A stretch of DNA of 64,000 bases, from NCBI GenBank assembly GCA_016778305.1, contig JADHPT010000001.1, forward strand, positions 64,320-128,319, in the 5' to 3' direction. This document shows, in pieces, positions 1 through 12,508 of this stretch. The notes under the pieces were generated by a model. That model was not told the origin of the DNA, searched no databases, and was given only the letters and a program-made list of their open reading frames with translations. Each line of letters begins with the position of its first letter. Within the stretch, counting starts at the first letter, position 1. The DNA comes from Poseidonia sp. (lineage in GTDB: Archaea > Thermoplasmatota > Poseidoniia > Poseidoniales > Poseidoniaceae). The position numbers were made by a program, and so were the translations under genes.

Positions 1-3000
1 CTCTTTTCGGTCGGTGATCGAGGGACATCTGGAGCCTCCCAAGTCACGTCTCCCGGAACAGCGAAGAACGTCATAGCAATAGGCGCATCGACGACTGGCG
101 CATCTGGGACCGCAGGCGCTGGTGCAGTTGCTAATTTTTCTTCTTTAGGGCCAAGTCTTGACGGACGAATCAAACCCGACCTCGTTGCTCCCGGAGTTGG
201 CATTTGTTCAGGATTGGCTGAAGAGGCTCAAAACCCTGCTGGGCCAGATTGTCTCACAGGATCGCACGCTGGTGGAAACGCCTACTACATGTCCCTTTCA
301 GGTACGTCTCAAGCAACTGCAGTAGCATCCGGTGTGGCTGCGCTTACCCGTGAATTCATTCGTGAGCAGGCTGGTGTGAATTCACCATCCAGTGCGTTGG
401 TCAAAGCAGCCCTGATCAACGGAGCAACCGACTTGGGCACACCCGATATACCAAACAATATCGAGGGTTGGGGTCAGGTCAATCTCGAACGAACCGTGAT
501 GCCAACGGACGGGACGACAACGCTCGACACCTTCTTCGATGATGACAAACCGCTTGAATCTGGTTTTGGTCTCCTTTATTCCTTCTCACTTGACCCGTCT
601 CACGGGATTGATATCACCCTCGCATGGACCGATGAAGCGGGCAGTGCCAATGCCCCTGATAGCCAAAACCGACTGGTCAACGACCTTGATTTGATTCTCA
701 TCGATCCGTCAGGAACAGAATGGCTCGGCAATCAATTCTCACAAGGATTCTCAGTCACGGGTGGTTCCGCTGATGATACCAACAATGTAGAACGAATCCG
801 CATCGCTCCTGGAACCCTACAGCCCTCGCAAGGTCAATGGATTGTCCAGGTCCTCCACCGTGGCGGCACGACACAAAACTTTGGCCTCGTGATGGCAGCC
901 GTTGCGACTCCAACTCCGCAAGCGGATTTGGTAGTCTTTGACGGCAGTGTCCTCACCTCTTCTCTAAATCCACTCAAAGATGATCTGATTTCCATTCGCC
1001 TTGCTTGGGCGAACCAAGGAACGAGTATGTCCGGTGATTTTGACATCATTTTGGAAGACACGACAACCCAACAAACAATAGCAACATCCACTCGTTCTCC
1101 CCTTGAACCTGGAATGATTGATTCCTATACGATCTTCCATCAGTTCACCACGACCGGTATCCATTCCCTACGCTTGGCCATTGATACTGGAAATCAAGTC
1201 CCAGAAATGAACGATGCAAATAGTGGGACGGACAACAATATCTGGGAGCAGGATGTCGAGGTGACCGCTCTTGGTGTTCGAGTCGTCATTGCCAACGATG
1301 ATGGAACAATTCCTCAAACTGCGCAGGAACGCTCTGACAACGCTGTTGTTCATTTGGACGTCCGTAACGATTCTGGGATTGACCTGCCTCTTGTGATTCT
1401 CCACGAGGGTACGGGAAATCAATCGGTCTTGCTCTCTTCATCGATGGTTCAAATTCCAGCGCCCGGGCGGGACGACTTCTTCTTACCGAGCGATGATCTA
1501 TGGTCCAGAAACTTTGACGAGACACCTAATTTTATTCTCACTGCCCAAGGAACGCAGGACGCCAATAAAACGCTCAATCTACGACTTGAGGATTTAGACG
1601 CAGACCTCACATCGAACCCTGAAAACCCTCGTTTTGTTCGTGCAGGGACCTATGTGGTTGAACTCACAGCACGCTATGAATTCCAACCTACAGTTACACA
1701 TACCCAACGCGTCACCATCATTGTTGAACAAATTGATCAGGTCCAAGTGGTCACGGCGGGAAGCAGTGGGTTGTCTGCACAACCAGGTGGCTCGAGTTTC
1801 TTTTCAATTTCGGTGCGAAATACGGGGAATGCACCTGCGCAATACAGCATCGATTGTACCTCTGAACAACGATGGCAATTGATGCTCGGAGGATCAAATT
1901 CTTCCCAATTGGATTTCGAACCGCTCAATATTCTCGAGTACTTGCCAATGTCAATTCGCATTATTGTGCCTCTTGTCGCAAATGGAGTTCCTGCTGCGGG
2001 TGATACCGACCTAGTCACCTGTTACGTCACATCATTTACCGACCCTACAATGAATTTCACCGAAACAGTCAGCATTGAGGTATTGCCCCAGGAATCCTTT
2101 GACGTGAACTTGCTTGATGATGACGGTCCGGTTGGTCCTTCTCAAATCGCAGACGATATTTCAGTGGATAGCGGGCAACAAGTCCATCTGAATGTGTCAG
2201 TGGAAAATACTGGAAATATCGCAGTAGAATTGGAAGTATCAGTTTTGCCCGACAATCCACAATGGGCTATGGAAGTTCGTTATGATACACAAAAAGATTC
2301 ACGCAAAGTCACAATTGCATTGGCACCGGGGATGACTTCAACGGTTGAACTCGTCATGGCAGTCCCCCTCACCGCCAAAGAAGGCGACTCGAATACCTAT
2401 ACCATACGAACGGAGCGCTCCAATCAAAACTTCGTCCAAAATATCACGACATTGATTGTTCGTGATGAGTTGGGAATCATGCTTACGCCCCCTACTGATT
2501 CAACCATTGATGTTTCAATTGGTGACCTCTATTCCTATGGTGAATTTATCGCAAAGAACGTTGGAAATACCGACTTGACCTTGAATTGGACTCATGGGTT
2601 AGCTCCCGATGGATGGCAAGTAGGCTTCGCCAATCCAACGCTTTATCTTGAACCCCGTGAGGAAAAACTGGTCCGCTTTGGGCTCATCCCGCCAGCTCAA
2701 GAGCAAGTGTCCCAAAATGCGTTTGAAATCCTGATTGCGGTATCAGGGTCGAATGCTGGAAGAGTGGTTGAATCCAATCAAATGATGACCATTGCCGTTG
2801 TTGAATCCTCCTTTGCCAACATCACCGTTCAAAGTGAAAGCGAGCAACCACTTCGCGGTATTTCTCGCGATGATGGACGTTCTCTCACCTTTGTTATTCG
2901 CAACGATGGGAACATTCCATTGAATGCAGAGGTAAATGGAGTGTTGTTGGATAGTGATGAAATGGTCCGTAATGATTGGGATTTAGATCTGAGTGTTTCA

Positions 3001-3708
3001 ACACTAAATGACTTAGCAGTGGGTGAATCGGTTGATCTTATTGTTACGCTCATGCCATCTGAGTCAGTCAGTCGCTCAACGGCACAATTTCATCTCAATA
3101 TCACGGTAGGTGCGACCGTAGTTGCATCACAAATGATCGATGTAAGTGTTAAAACAGCCACCGGTGATGGTGGGCTGTTCAGCATGCTCCCTCCGGCAGT
3201 GAGCGGCGGGCTTATCGCTGTCATTCTCATCGGTCTCATCGTGGTCGGTCGTCGCATGAAAAAGTCAGGTGAAATGGGTGACGACGGATTGGAATTGGTA
3301 GCGCCAAATACACATGTCAGTCCGGACCATCTCAACGAACGCCGCAATGATGCGCTCGATCTGGGCAATGCAGTTGATGACTTGACCAGCGGGGAAGTAA
3401 GCGATGATGAAATAGCACAGGCTATCATGCAATCAATGGATCTTCCAGCACTTCCGACTCAAGTTCCCTCGGGATTGCCCCCTGGGGGCTTGTCTCCTCG
3501 TGGAGCCGCTCCCGCACCTCTGCCACAGGGTCTTCCACCAGCAGGGATGCCTCCAGTAGCGAAACCTCTACCTCCATTACCACAACCTCTTCCAGTTCAG
3601 CCAGTCGTCCAGAGCGGCCCTCCTCTTCCTCCTGGTGGATTACCGTCAGGTTGGACGGCCGAACAATGGCGGCATTATGGCCATGAATGGTTGAAGCGAC
3701 AAGGCTGA
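1..3708 (+). CDS. Membrane-anchored S8 (KP-43-like) serine protease with CARDB/Ig-like stalk, 5'-truncated by window edge
   Basis: Frame is open from base 1 (LFSVGDRG..SPGTAKNVIAIGA..FSSLGPSLDGRIKPDLVAPG). Catalytic Ser is in SGTSQA. KP-43-like C-domain (LVNDLDL, NNVERI), CARDB (IDTGNQVPEMND) and repeated NxGN Ig-like modules follow, then a C-terminal TM helix and Pro-rich tail. Confidence 0.85.
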   Translation, partial: LFSVGDRGTSGASQVTSPGTAKNVIAIGASTTGASGTAGAGAVANFSSLGPSLDGRIKPDLVAPGVGICSGLAEEAQNPAGPDCLTGSHAGGNAYYMSLSGTSQATAVASGVAALTREFIREQAGVNSPSSALVKAALINGATDLGTPDIPNNIEGWGQVNLERTVMPTDGTTTLDTFFDDDKPLESGFGLLYSFSLDPSHGIDITLAWTDEAGSANAPDSQNRLVNDLDLILIDPSGTEWLGNQFSQGFSVTGGSADDTNNVERIRIAPGTLQPSQGQWIVQVLHRGGTTQNFGLVMAAVATPTPQADLVVFDGSVLTSSLNPLKDDLISIRLAWANQGTSMSGDFDIILEDTTTQQTIATSTRSPLEPGMIDSYTIFHQFTTTGIHSLRLAIDTGNQVPEMNDANSGTDNNIWEQDVEVTALGVRVVIANDDGTIPQTAQERSDNAVVHLDVRNDSGIDLPLVILHEGTGNQSVLLSSSMVQIPAPGRDDFFLPSDDLWSRNFDETPNFILTAQGTQDANKTLNLRLEDLDADLTSNPENPRFVRAGTYVVELTARYEFQPTVTHTQRVTIIVEQIDQVQVVTAGSSGLSAQPGGSSFFSISVRNTGNAPAQYSIDCTSEQRWQLMLGGSNSSQLDFEPLNILEYLPMSIRIIVPLVANGVPAAGDTDLVTCYVTSFTDPTMNFTETVSIEVLPQESFDVNLLDDDGPVGPSQIADDISVDSGQQVHLNVSVENTGNIAVELEVSVLPDNPQWAMEVRYDTQKDSRKVTIALAPGMTSTVELVMAVPLTAKEGDSNTYTIRTERSNQNFVQNITTLIVRDELGIMLTPPTDSTIDVSIGDLYSYGEFIAKNVGNTDLTLNWTHGLAPDGWQVGFANPTLYLEPREEKLVRFGLIPPAQEQVSQNAFEILIAVSGSNAGRVVESNQMMTIAVVESSFANITVQSESEQPLRGISRDDGRSLTFVIRNDGNIPLNAEVNGVLLDSDEMVRNDWDLDLSVSTLNDLAVGESVDLIVTLMPSESVSRSTAQFHLNITVGATVVASQMIDVSVKTATGDGGLFSMLPPAVSGGLIAVILIGLIVVGRRMKKSGEMGDDGLELVAPNTHVSPDHLNERRNDALDLGNAVDDLTSGEVSDDEIAQAIMQSMDLPALPTQVPSGLPPGGLSPRGAAPAPLPQGLPPAGMPPVAKPLPPLPQPLPVQPVVQSGPPLPPGGLPSGWTAEQWRHYGHEWLKRQG

Positions 3709-3750
3709 AACCGTGTCAACGTTGAAAGGGTGGAGTGTGCACCCCAATCC

Positions 3751-4377
3751 ATGGGCAGTATCGTTCTCTTTGGTCCCCCCGGAGCCGGCAAAGGTACTCA
3801 GGCACAACGGATCACCGAACACACCAGCCTGCCGCAGGTGTCAACTGGAGACATGCTCCGTGCTGCGGTCAAAGCGGGTACGGCTATCGGTCTTGAAGCA
3901 AAATCATACATGGATCGAGGCGCTCTTGTTCCCGACGACGTGATCCTCGGTCTCATCGAAGAGCGAATAGCGGAAAATGATGCTAAAAATGGTGTGATGT
4001 TTGATGGCTTTCCAAGAACCATTCCGCAAGCTGAAGCGCTCAGTGAACTTACCGAGATTACGCATGTCTTGGCCATTGACGTCCCCGATGAACGAATCGT
4101 TGAACGTATCTGTGGACGTTTGACCTGTGGGACCTGTGGGACTGTCTATCATGATGTATTCAACCCCGTACCGGGTGATGGGTGCGAATGCGGTCAATAC
4201 GTTGAGAAACGCCGCGCTGACGACACGGAAGCAACCGTCTTGACACGCCTCGGAGCATATCACGAACAAACATCACCTCTTGCCTCATGGTATGAGGAAC
4301 GGGGGCTGTTTCACAGAGTTGACGGCGACCGGGCGATTGATGACATTACGACAGATCTACTCTACGTACTTCAGTGA
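3751..4377 (+). CDS. adk: Adenylate kinase, bacterial type with Cys-containing LID
   Basis: GPPGAGKGT P-loop, STGDMLR, DGFPRT, RRADD, LID CGTC..CEC. ATG at 3751 is 29 nt after TTGAAA. Confidence 0.95.
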   Translation: MGSIVLFGPPGAGKGTQAQRITEHTSLPQVSTGDMLRAAVKAGTAIGLEAKSYMDRGALVPDDVILGLIEERIAENDAKNGVMFDGFPRTIPQAEALSELTEITHVLAIDVPDERIVERICGRLTCGTCGTVYHDVFNPVPGDGCECGQYVEKRRADDTEATVLTRLGAYHEQTSPLASWYEERGLFHRVDGDRAIDDITTDLLYVLQ

Positions 4378-4386
4378 GGGTTTCAA

Positions 4387-4743
4387 ATGGGCCGCCGCAA
4401 GCAACGACGTTCACGCCTACAACGTGAGCAGAAGGCACAACGTGCTCAGTCACACCTCACAACGATCCTCCTTCATCCTCTTGAGCATCCTCGCGATGTT
4501 GTTGAATCGGCCGCAGTCCACCTTTCCAAGGTGTCACAACGCCATCGCTTACCCCTTCCTTCTCTGGTTCGTTCACGGGTGTGCCGTAAGTGTTGGGGAT
4601 CGCACAGTTTCACCGCTCAATTCCGTGTCCGTATCAAGGCGGGTCAACGCATCCATACATGCCTTCATTGCGGATACATCCGGAGGTATGGGGCTGGGCC
4701 CAAAGCACATCGAATAGCGCGAATCAACGGACGGAGTGATTGA
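4387..4743 (+). CDS. rnp4: RNase P protein component 4 (Rpp21)
   Basis: Basic N-terminus, CRKC...CLHCG..RRY zinc ribbon, adjacent to yhbY as in the conserved archaeal gene order. Confidence 0.85.
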   Translation: MGRRKQRRSRLQREQKAQRAQSHLTTILLHPLEHPRDVVESAAVHLSKVSQRHRLPLPSLVRSRVCRKCWGSHSFTAQFRVRIKAGQRIHTCLHCGYIRRYGAGPKAHRIARINGRSD

Positions 4744-5010
4744 ATGGCAACCATTCCATCCAACATCCTAAGCGAGGCGAAATCTCGCGATTTTCGACCC
4801 AGTGTGCGCATCGGTAAATCCGGGCTAAGTGAGACGGTTATGGATGAAATACGTCAGCAATTACGTTCTCGCTCGCTGGTGAAAATCAAAGTCAACAAGG
4901 GCCTTTTCGAGCGTGAACAACGTTCAGCTGTTTGGGCTCAAATCGCAGAGCAATGCGATGCTACACTGGTCTTGCAGCGTGGAAATATTGGCGTATTGTG
5001 GCGAAGTTGA
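4744..5010 (+). CDS. yhbY: YhbY/CRM-domain RNA-binding protein
   Basis: PSVRIGKSGL, LVKIKV, QRGN..VLWR; 88 aa. Confidence 0.9.
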   Translation: MATIPSNILSEAKSRDFRPSVRIGKSGLSETVMDEIRQQLRSRSLVKIKVNKGLFEREQRSAVWAQIAEQCDATLVLQRGNIGVLWRS

Positions 5011-5072
5011 TTCTTCTGGAAGCAAAGTGTCAAAGAGTGACCACGGCTCGGACAATCTACTGAGGTCACCTT

Positions 5073-6833
5073 ATGAACTCTCATCTTTTCACAAACCGAA
5101 GTCGACAGATTTCTTTCCTTCTCTTGATTTTTGTAGGTTTCATGCTTCTCTCTGGATACACGCAAGCAGCAGGTGGTGGAGGTGTTGGCATTGAGGTGCA
5201 CATCAAAGACGGCTTGGAATCACAAGCCATTATCGTTGGTCTCATCATACTCTTCGGTGTTTATACCCTGATCATTTTCGAGTGGGTCCACCGAACTCTT
5301 GCCGCTGCTGTGGGCGGCCTTCTCGCAGTTTTGGCTTTGAATTATTACGCCGTTGAAGACACCTTTACACTCGCTGAAATTACTACGATGATCGATTGGG
5401 AAACCATCGGGCTGCTGCTGGGGATGATGGTCATGGTCGGGATTCTTTCAAATACAGGTGTATTCGAGTATTTTGCAGTTCTTTCCTACAAGAAAAGCGG
5501 GGGTTCAATTTGGACACTTGTAGTCATTCTCTGTTCTGTTACCGCAGTTCTTTCGGCATTCTTAGACAACGTCACTACGATGCTTTTGTTGACGCCAGTG
5601 ACCATCCAACTTGCTAAAGTTCTGGATATCAAACCAATACCGTTATTGATTTCTGAAGTGTTGTTTTCAAACATTGGCGGTGCAGCCACCATGATCGGTG
5701 ACCCCCCAAATATCATGATCGGGTCAGGTCTTTCAGCGAGCAAGATTGCCAGTGCTGAAGACGGCAAATATGTCGACCCTACCTACAACGGTGGTGCCGG
5801 TATTGATTTGTCTCAATACGGTGTGACATTCAACGATTTCATCATCGAGATGGCGCCGGGTATCCTCATGTGCATTGTGCCCTCGTTCATGTTTTTGAAG
5901 TGGTTTTACGCCGATGAATTTTCCGGAACACGAATTCGTGACATCGCAGAGCTCGAAGCAAAGTATGGAATCAAAGATCCAGCAAAGCTCAGAGTTGCTG
6001 GTGTGATTCTTGTTCTCGTCATCATTAATTTCTTTGCTCACCCGATCACGCACATCGCCGTTTCCTGGATTGCTCTGGTTGGTGCTGTGGTCATGCTCCT
6101 TGCGACCGATCGACACGAACTTGAGGAACCTCTGCACCACGTAGAATGGACTACGCTCCTCTTCTTTGCCGGGCTTTTCGTCCTCGTGCACTCGCTTCAG
6201 GAAATTGGTGTGATCGCCTTTATTGGAGAATATGTGGAAAAGGCCATTGAATTCTTTGGCAGTGATACCGGAGATGGACGAACAGTACGCCTTGCTGCCG
6301 CCATTCTCATCGTCCTTTGGGTTTCTGCGGTTGCATCTGCATTCATCGATAATATTCCTTACACCGCAACAATGATACCAATCGTGTTGCAAATTTCATA
6401 CAATCTCGGCGATTACCTCCTCACTCCACTTATTTGGGCTCTGGCCTTCGGAGCCTGTCTTGGAGGCAACGGGACGCTCATTGGTGCGTCAGCGAACGTG
6501 GTTACGGCAGGGATGTCAGAGGATGCCGGTTACCCTATCTCATTCAATGAATTTTTCAGGGCTGGATTCCCAATCATGATCATCACGACTTTCATCGTGT
6601 CCTTGTACATGCTGTTGGTCTTCGTTGTCGGTGGAGAAGAAGGTGCCAATTCTGTCAAACTCATCCTTATTGGTGTCACATCGTTGAGCATCATCGGTCA
6701 GTTGGCTCGTGGACGGAGCAAAGGGAAGTCATTCTCAGAAGCTCTGGTTGACGATGAAATAGATGGCATCGAAGAAATGATTGTTAACACCAAAAGCGTC
6801 GTTGTTGGTATGCTTCGTGGAGAAGAAGAGTGA
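5073..6833 (+). CDS. ArsB/NhaD superfamily (P-protein-like) anion transporter
   Basis: SAFLDNVTT, SNIGGAATMIGDPPNI, SAFIDNIPY and GGNGTLIGASAN motifs; many TM helices. Confidence 0.9.
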   Translation: MNSHLFTNRSRQISFLLLIFVGFMLLSGYTQAAGGGGVGIEVHIKDGLESQAIIVGLIILFGVYTLIIFEWVHRTLAAAVGGLLAVLALNYYAVEDTFTLAEITTMIDWETIGLLLGMMVMVGILSNTGVFEYFAVLSYKKSGGSIWTLVVILCSVTAVLSAFLDNVTTMLLLTPVTIQLAKVLDIKPIPLLISEVLFSNIGGAATMIGDPPNIMIGSGLSASKIASAEDGKYVDPTYNGGAGIDLSQYGVTFNDFIIEMAPGILMCIVPSFMFLKWFYADEFSGTRIRDIAELEAKYGIKDPAKLRVAGVILVLVIINFFAHPITHIAVSWIALVGAVVMLLATDRHELEEPLHHVEWTTLLFFAGLFVLVHSLQEIGVIAFIGEYVEKAIEFFGSDTGDGRTVRLAAAILIVLWVSAVASAFIDNIPYTATMIPIVLQISYNLGDYLLTPLIWALAFGACLGGNGTLIGASANVVTAGMSEDAGYPISFNEFFRAGFPIMIITTFIVSLYMLLVFVVGGEEGANSVKLILIGVTSLSIIGQLARGRSKGKSFSEALVDDEIDGIEEMIVNTKSVVVGMLRGEEE

Positions 6834-6896
6834 GTCGCAATCACATGGGCGCTGAGTTCAAGTCCTTTGGCGGCAAGGCTATGATGAGGCAGAGCC

Positions 6897-8330
6897 ATGT
6901 TTGAGTGCAGAGTCTGCGGTTTGCTTTCCCTGCGTGGGACATCATGCCCAGCTTGTGGCAGTCAACATCGTGACGATTTGTCAACCACATTGGACTCTGA
7001 AGAAATTCTCCCTACGGACGTCCCGGGTTTGAATGATGCAGCAGAATCTTGGTATGACTTGGAAGGTATTGAGCCTCCGGTGCCGGACGAGAACGGGGAA
7101 CAGTCTGGGGCTACCAGTAACCTACCGTTTGGATTCCAAGGTGAATCCAACGTTTATTCCTCGAATTTACCGTTCGGCATCGGTAGTTTTGCTGAAGGTA
7201 TACCGTTTGATTCCACTGAGTCAGAAGATGGCCGATTGCCGTTGACTTCAGAACCTGCTGAGTTCGTCAAGGCAGTCGAGACAGAACAACCCTCTCTAGC
7301 AACTCCATTCGCACCAATGGCGGAGAAGCCTGCTCCAGTACCCCAGGCTGCCGCCGTGGACGAGGTGCTCGCTCCAGCGCCCCTTACGCTCCCAACGACG
7401 CCTCCAACCACCCCCCCCGTTCTTGTTGATGAAGTAGAACCAATGCTCGAACTCCCTCCCCTTGAAGCACCTGCTAAGGTCGAACAACTTACACCCCCTG
7501 TTGCACCCGCTCCACTTTCCCAACCGGTCCGACTTGACTCAGCCCGTTTGGTTTCACAAGCGTCCGATACAGAGGAAGAAGACGTACCTGCCTATTGGAA
7601 AATTGATGCAGAGATTCCTGATTACGAAGAGATCTATGGCCATACTGACGAGGTGATCGAGGTGAGTTATGCCTCCCTCGATGAAGATGTCGTAGTCTAT
7701 GACCACTCAACTGATTCGCCTGCAGCAGTATTTTACTCTCCCCTGGAAGCATCACCGCCCCAATCCGTTGCACCCTCAATTCAACTGGATCTTCATCCTA
7801 TTCAGGCTCTCAATGTGGACGTGGGGGGGAATCAAGAATTAGCTTCCTTCCTTCAGGAAGGATTTCAAGCGATGCAACAACAATCATGGTCGAAAGCAGC
7901 AAGAAGCTTTCAGAAGTTGGCTTCCCGACTGCCTTCCAGTCCTGAAGTTTTCAACAATTACGGCATTGCCTTACTCCAGCGTGCCTCGAGTATGAAGGCG
8001 GACCCTGACCCTCAGCAACAGCAACTTGCTGAAGCACAATTTGAATCGGCTATCCTGGCGCTTCGAGAAGCAGCAAAGAATGCTCCAACCAATGGCGAAA
8101 TCTTGATCAATCTAGCACATGCCCTCATCGACAGTGGTCGTTCGGAGAAAGCCTTGGGTATCATGAACGTGCACAATGCCCGAGATGAAGGCTCTGTCAA
8201 AGGTCTCAATACTGCAGCTGTTGCGATGTTCCAACTTGGGCAACCCGCCCAGGCTATCGCTACCCTCAAACTCGCCGGAAGCGACGATGTAGTTCAACGA
8301 AATTTGGCACAATTTTCTGCACAATCATAG
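6897..8330 (+). CDS. Zinc-ribbon / acidic Pro-rich linker / C-terminal TPR protein
   Basis: CRVC..CPAC at the N-terminus, low-complexity P/E middle, TPR-like helices (PEVFNNYGIAL, GEILINLAHAL). Confidence 0.7.
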   Translation: MFECRVCGLLSLRGTSCPACGSQHRDDLSTTLDSEEILPTDVPGLNDAAESWYDLEGIEPPVPDENGEQSGATSNLPFGFQGESNVYSSNLPFGIGSFAEGIPFDSTESEDGRLPLTSEPAEFVKAVETEQPSLATPFAPMAEKPAPVPQAAAVDEVLAPAPLTLPTTPPTTPPVLVDEVEPMLELPPLEAPAKVEQLTPPVAPAPLSQPVRLDSARLVSQASDTEEEDVPAYWKIDAEIPDYEEIYGHTDEVIEVSYASLDEDVVVYDHSTDSPAAVFYSPLEASPPQSVAPSIQLDLHPIQALNVDVGGNQELASFLQEGFQAMQQQSWSKAARSFQKLASRLPSSPEVFNNYGIALLQRASSMKADPDPQQQQLAEAQFESAILALREAAKNAPTNGEILINLAHALIDSGRSEKALGIMNVHNARDEGSVKGLNTAAVAMFQLGQPAQAIATLKLAGSDDVVQRNLAQFSAQS

Positions 8331-8393
8331 ATTCAGTCCCATGGGGGCAGAAAAAGGTCGTAAACACGAAGACTGTTCTTCATCCACTGGACC

Positions 8394-8418
8394 TTTAATG
8401 ACCGATTTCTTCTTATAC
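8394..8418 (+). promoter_or_regulatory. Candidate TATA boxes for the 23S-5S transcription unit
   Basis: TTTAAT (8394) and CTTATA (8412) lie in the ~250-nt gap before 23S; a further ATATAG is at 8531. Confidence 0.45.
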
Positions 8419-8578
8419 GGGGGGAAGGTCGGGTGGTTGCTTAGCACCCTGTTATGCACGTTGTGATGGGGGAAGGGCTGAGGAGAATCACCCCGAGGAG
8501 GTGGTTTTCTGAGGAGGCCGAATTGGCATGATATAGATACCGAAGGGTTACTCATATGGTGTGGTAACATACACATGT

Positions 8579-11426
<2,848 letters not shown>

Positions 11427-11528
11427 TTTTTCCGTGTATGTATCCGCACCATGAGTGCCCTTCGTCTAAAATTTCATGCCAATTCATTTGCGACGCTACG
11501 TCGCATCCTATCCGATTCGAAAAGAGAT

Positions 11529-11650
11529 GGGTGCACGGTCACAGCGAAGGTGTTTACCTGGTCCCATTCCGAACCCAGAAGTCAAGCCCTTCTGCGTCTC
11601 TCCCATTACTGTGGTACGAGAGTCCACGGGAAAGGAAGTCACTGTGCCCC
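11529..11650 (+). rRNA. rrf: 5S rRNA
   Basis: CCCATTCCGAACCCAGAAGTCAAGC core; helix I GCACGGT/ACTGTGC; precursor stem extended by AAAGAGA/TCTCTTT. Confidence 0.95.
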
Positions 11651-11692
11651 TCTCTTTTCACCTCGGGTATCCTCAGCCCGTTAGGGCGCACT

Positions 11693-11724
11693 AGGCCGGA
11701 CCTCGTTAGAGGCCGGTCTTTTTT
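11693..11724 (+). terminator. GC-rich hairpin plus T6 tract after 5S (intrinsic terminator-like)
   Basis: AGGCCGG-A-CCTC-GTTA-GAGG-CCGGTCT followed by a T run. Confidence 0.65.
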
Positions 11725-11787
11725 GCGTTCTAGTGGAATCCCAACACCATCTTTTAGAACCAACGTCCCAACCTTAGGAATGATCAC

Positions 11788-12450
11788 ATGCCAATCGATA
11801 CCGTAGATATTTTTGGTAGCGACCAGGTTGGTGTCCATCTTGCTACGGTAGGGAAAGTTCTTTTTCACCCTCCTGAACTTCCAGAACCTACTCTTGAGAT
11901 TCTATCAACGAATATCGGATTAGAACTCCACCCCATCTCCATCGGAGGCTCCAACCTTGTTGGTGCCCTTGTATCCGGCAACCAGCGCGGGATTGCAGTT
12001 GCAGACATCGCAACAGAGGAAGATATTGACAAATTGACATCATTTGGTGATGTTGTCGTAATGGAAGGCGGCGTCAATACTGCGGGGAATCTCCTGGTCG
12101 TGAATGATCACGGTGCTGTAGCCTCACCAAGCATCCCCCAAGATGGCTTGGAGATATTAGCAGAGGTTTTGGGTGTTGACATTGTTTCTACCACCGTTGC
12201 TGGACAAGACGTCGTCGGAAGTCTCGCAATCGCCAACGACCAAGGTGTCCTTCTTCATCCAGATGTGACACCTGATGAAGCCATGCTGATTGAGGATATT
12301 CTCGGCGTTCCGCCCATGGTCGGGACCGTGTCCTTCGGTTCGCCCTATGTTGGAGCCGGTACGTGCGCCTCAAATGACGGAGCTGTATCTGGAACAAAAA
12401 CAACAGGCCCTGAACTGAATCGAATTGAAGATGCACTTGGTTTCCTCTGA
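11788..12450 (+). CDS. eif6: Translation initiation factor 6 (aIF6)
   Basis: Pentein repeats (SIGGSNLVGAL, AGNLLVVND.G, TVAGQDVVGS, GTV.FGSPYVGAG, TTGPELNRIEDAL). Confidence 0.95.
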   Translation: MPIDTVDIFGSDQVGVHLATVGKVLFHPPELPEPTLEILSTNIGLELHPISIGGSNLVGALVSGNQRGIAVADIATEEDIDKLTSFGDVVVMEGGVNTAGNLLVVNDHGAVASPSIPQDGLEILAEVLGVDIVSTTVAGQDVVGSLAIANDQGVLLHPDVTPDEAMLIEDILGVPPMVGTVSFGSPYVGAGTCASNDGAVSGTKTTGPELNRIEDALGFL

Positions 12451-12508
12451 TGGTTCACCATGAAACGAATGTGAAACCTTCAAAGGCTGGATTCTCGGAC
12501 ATCTTGGC

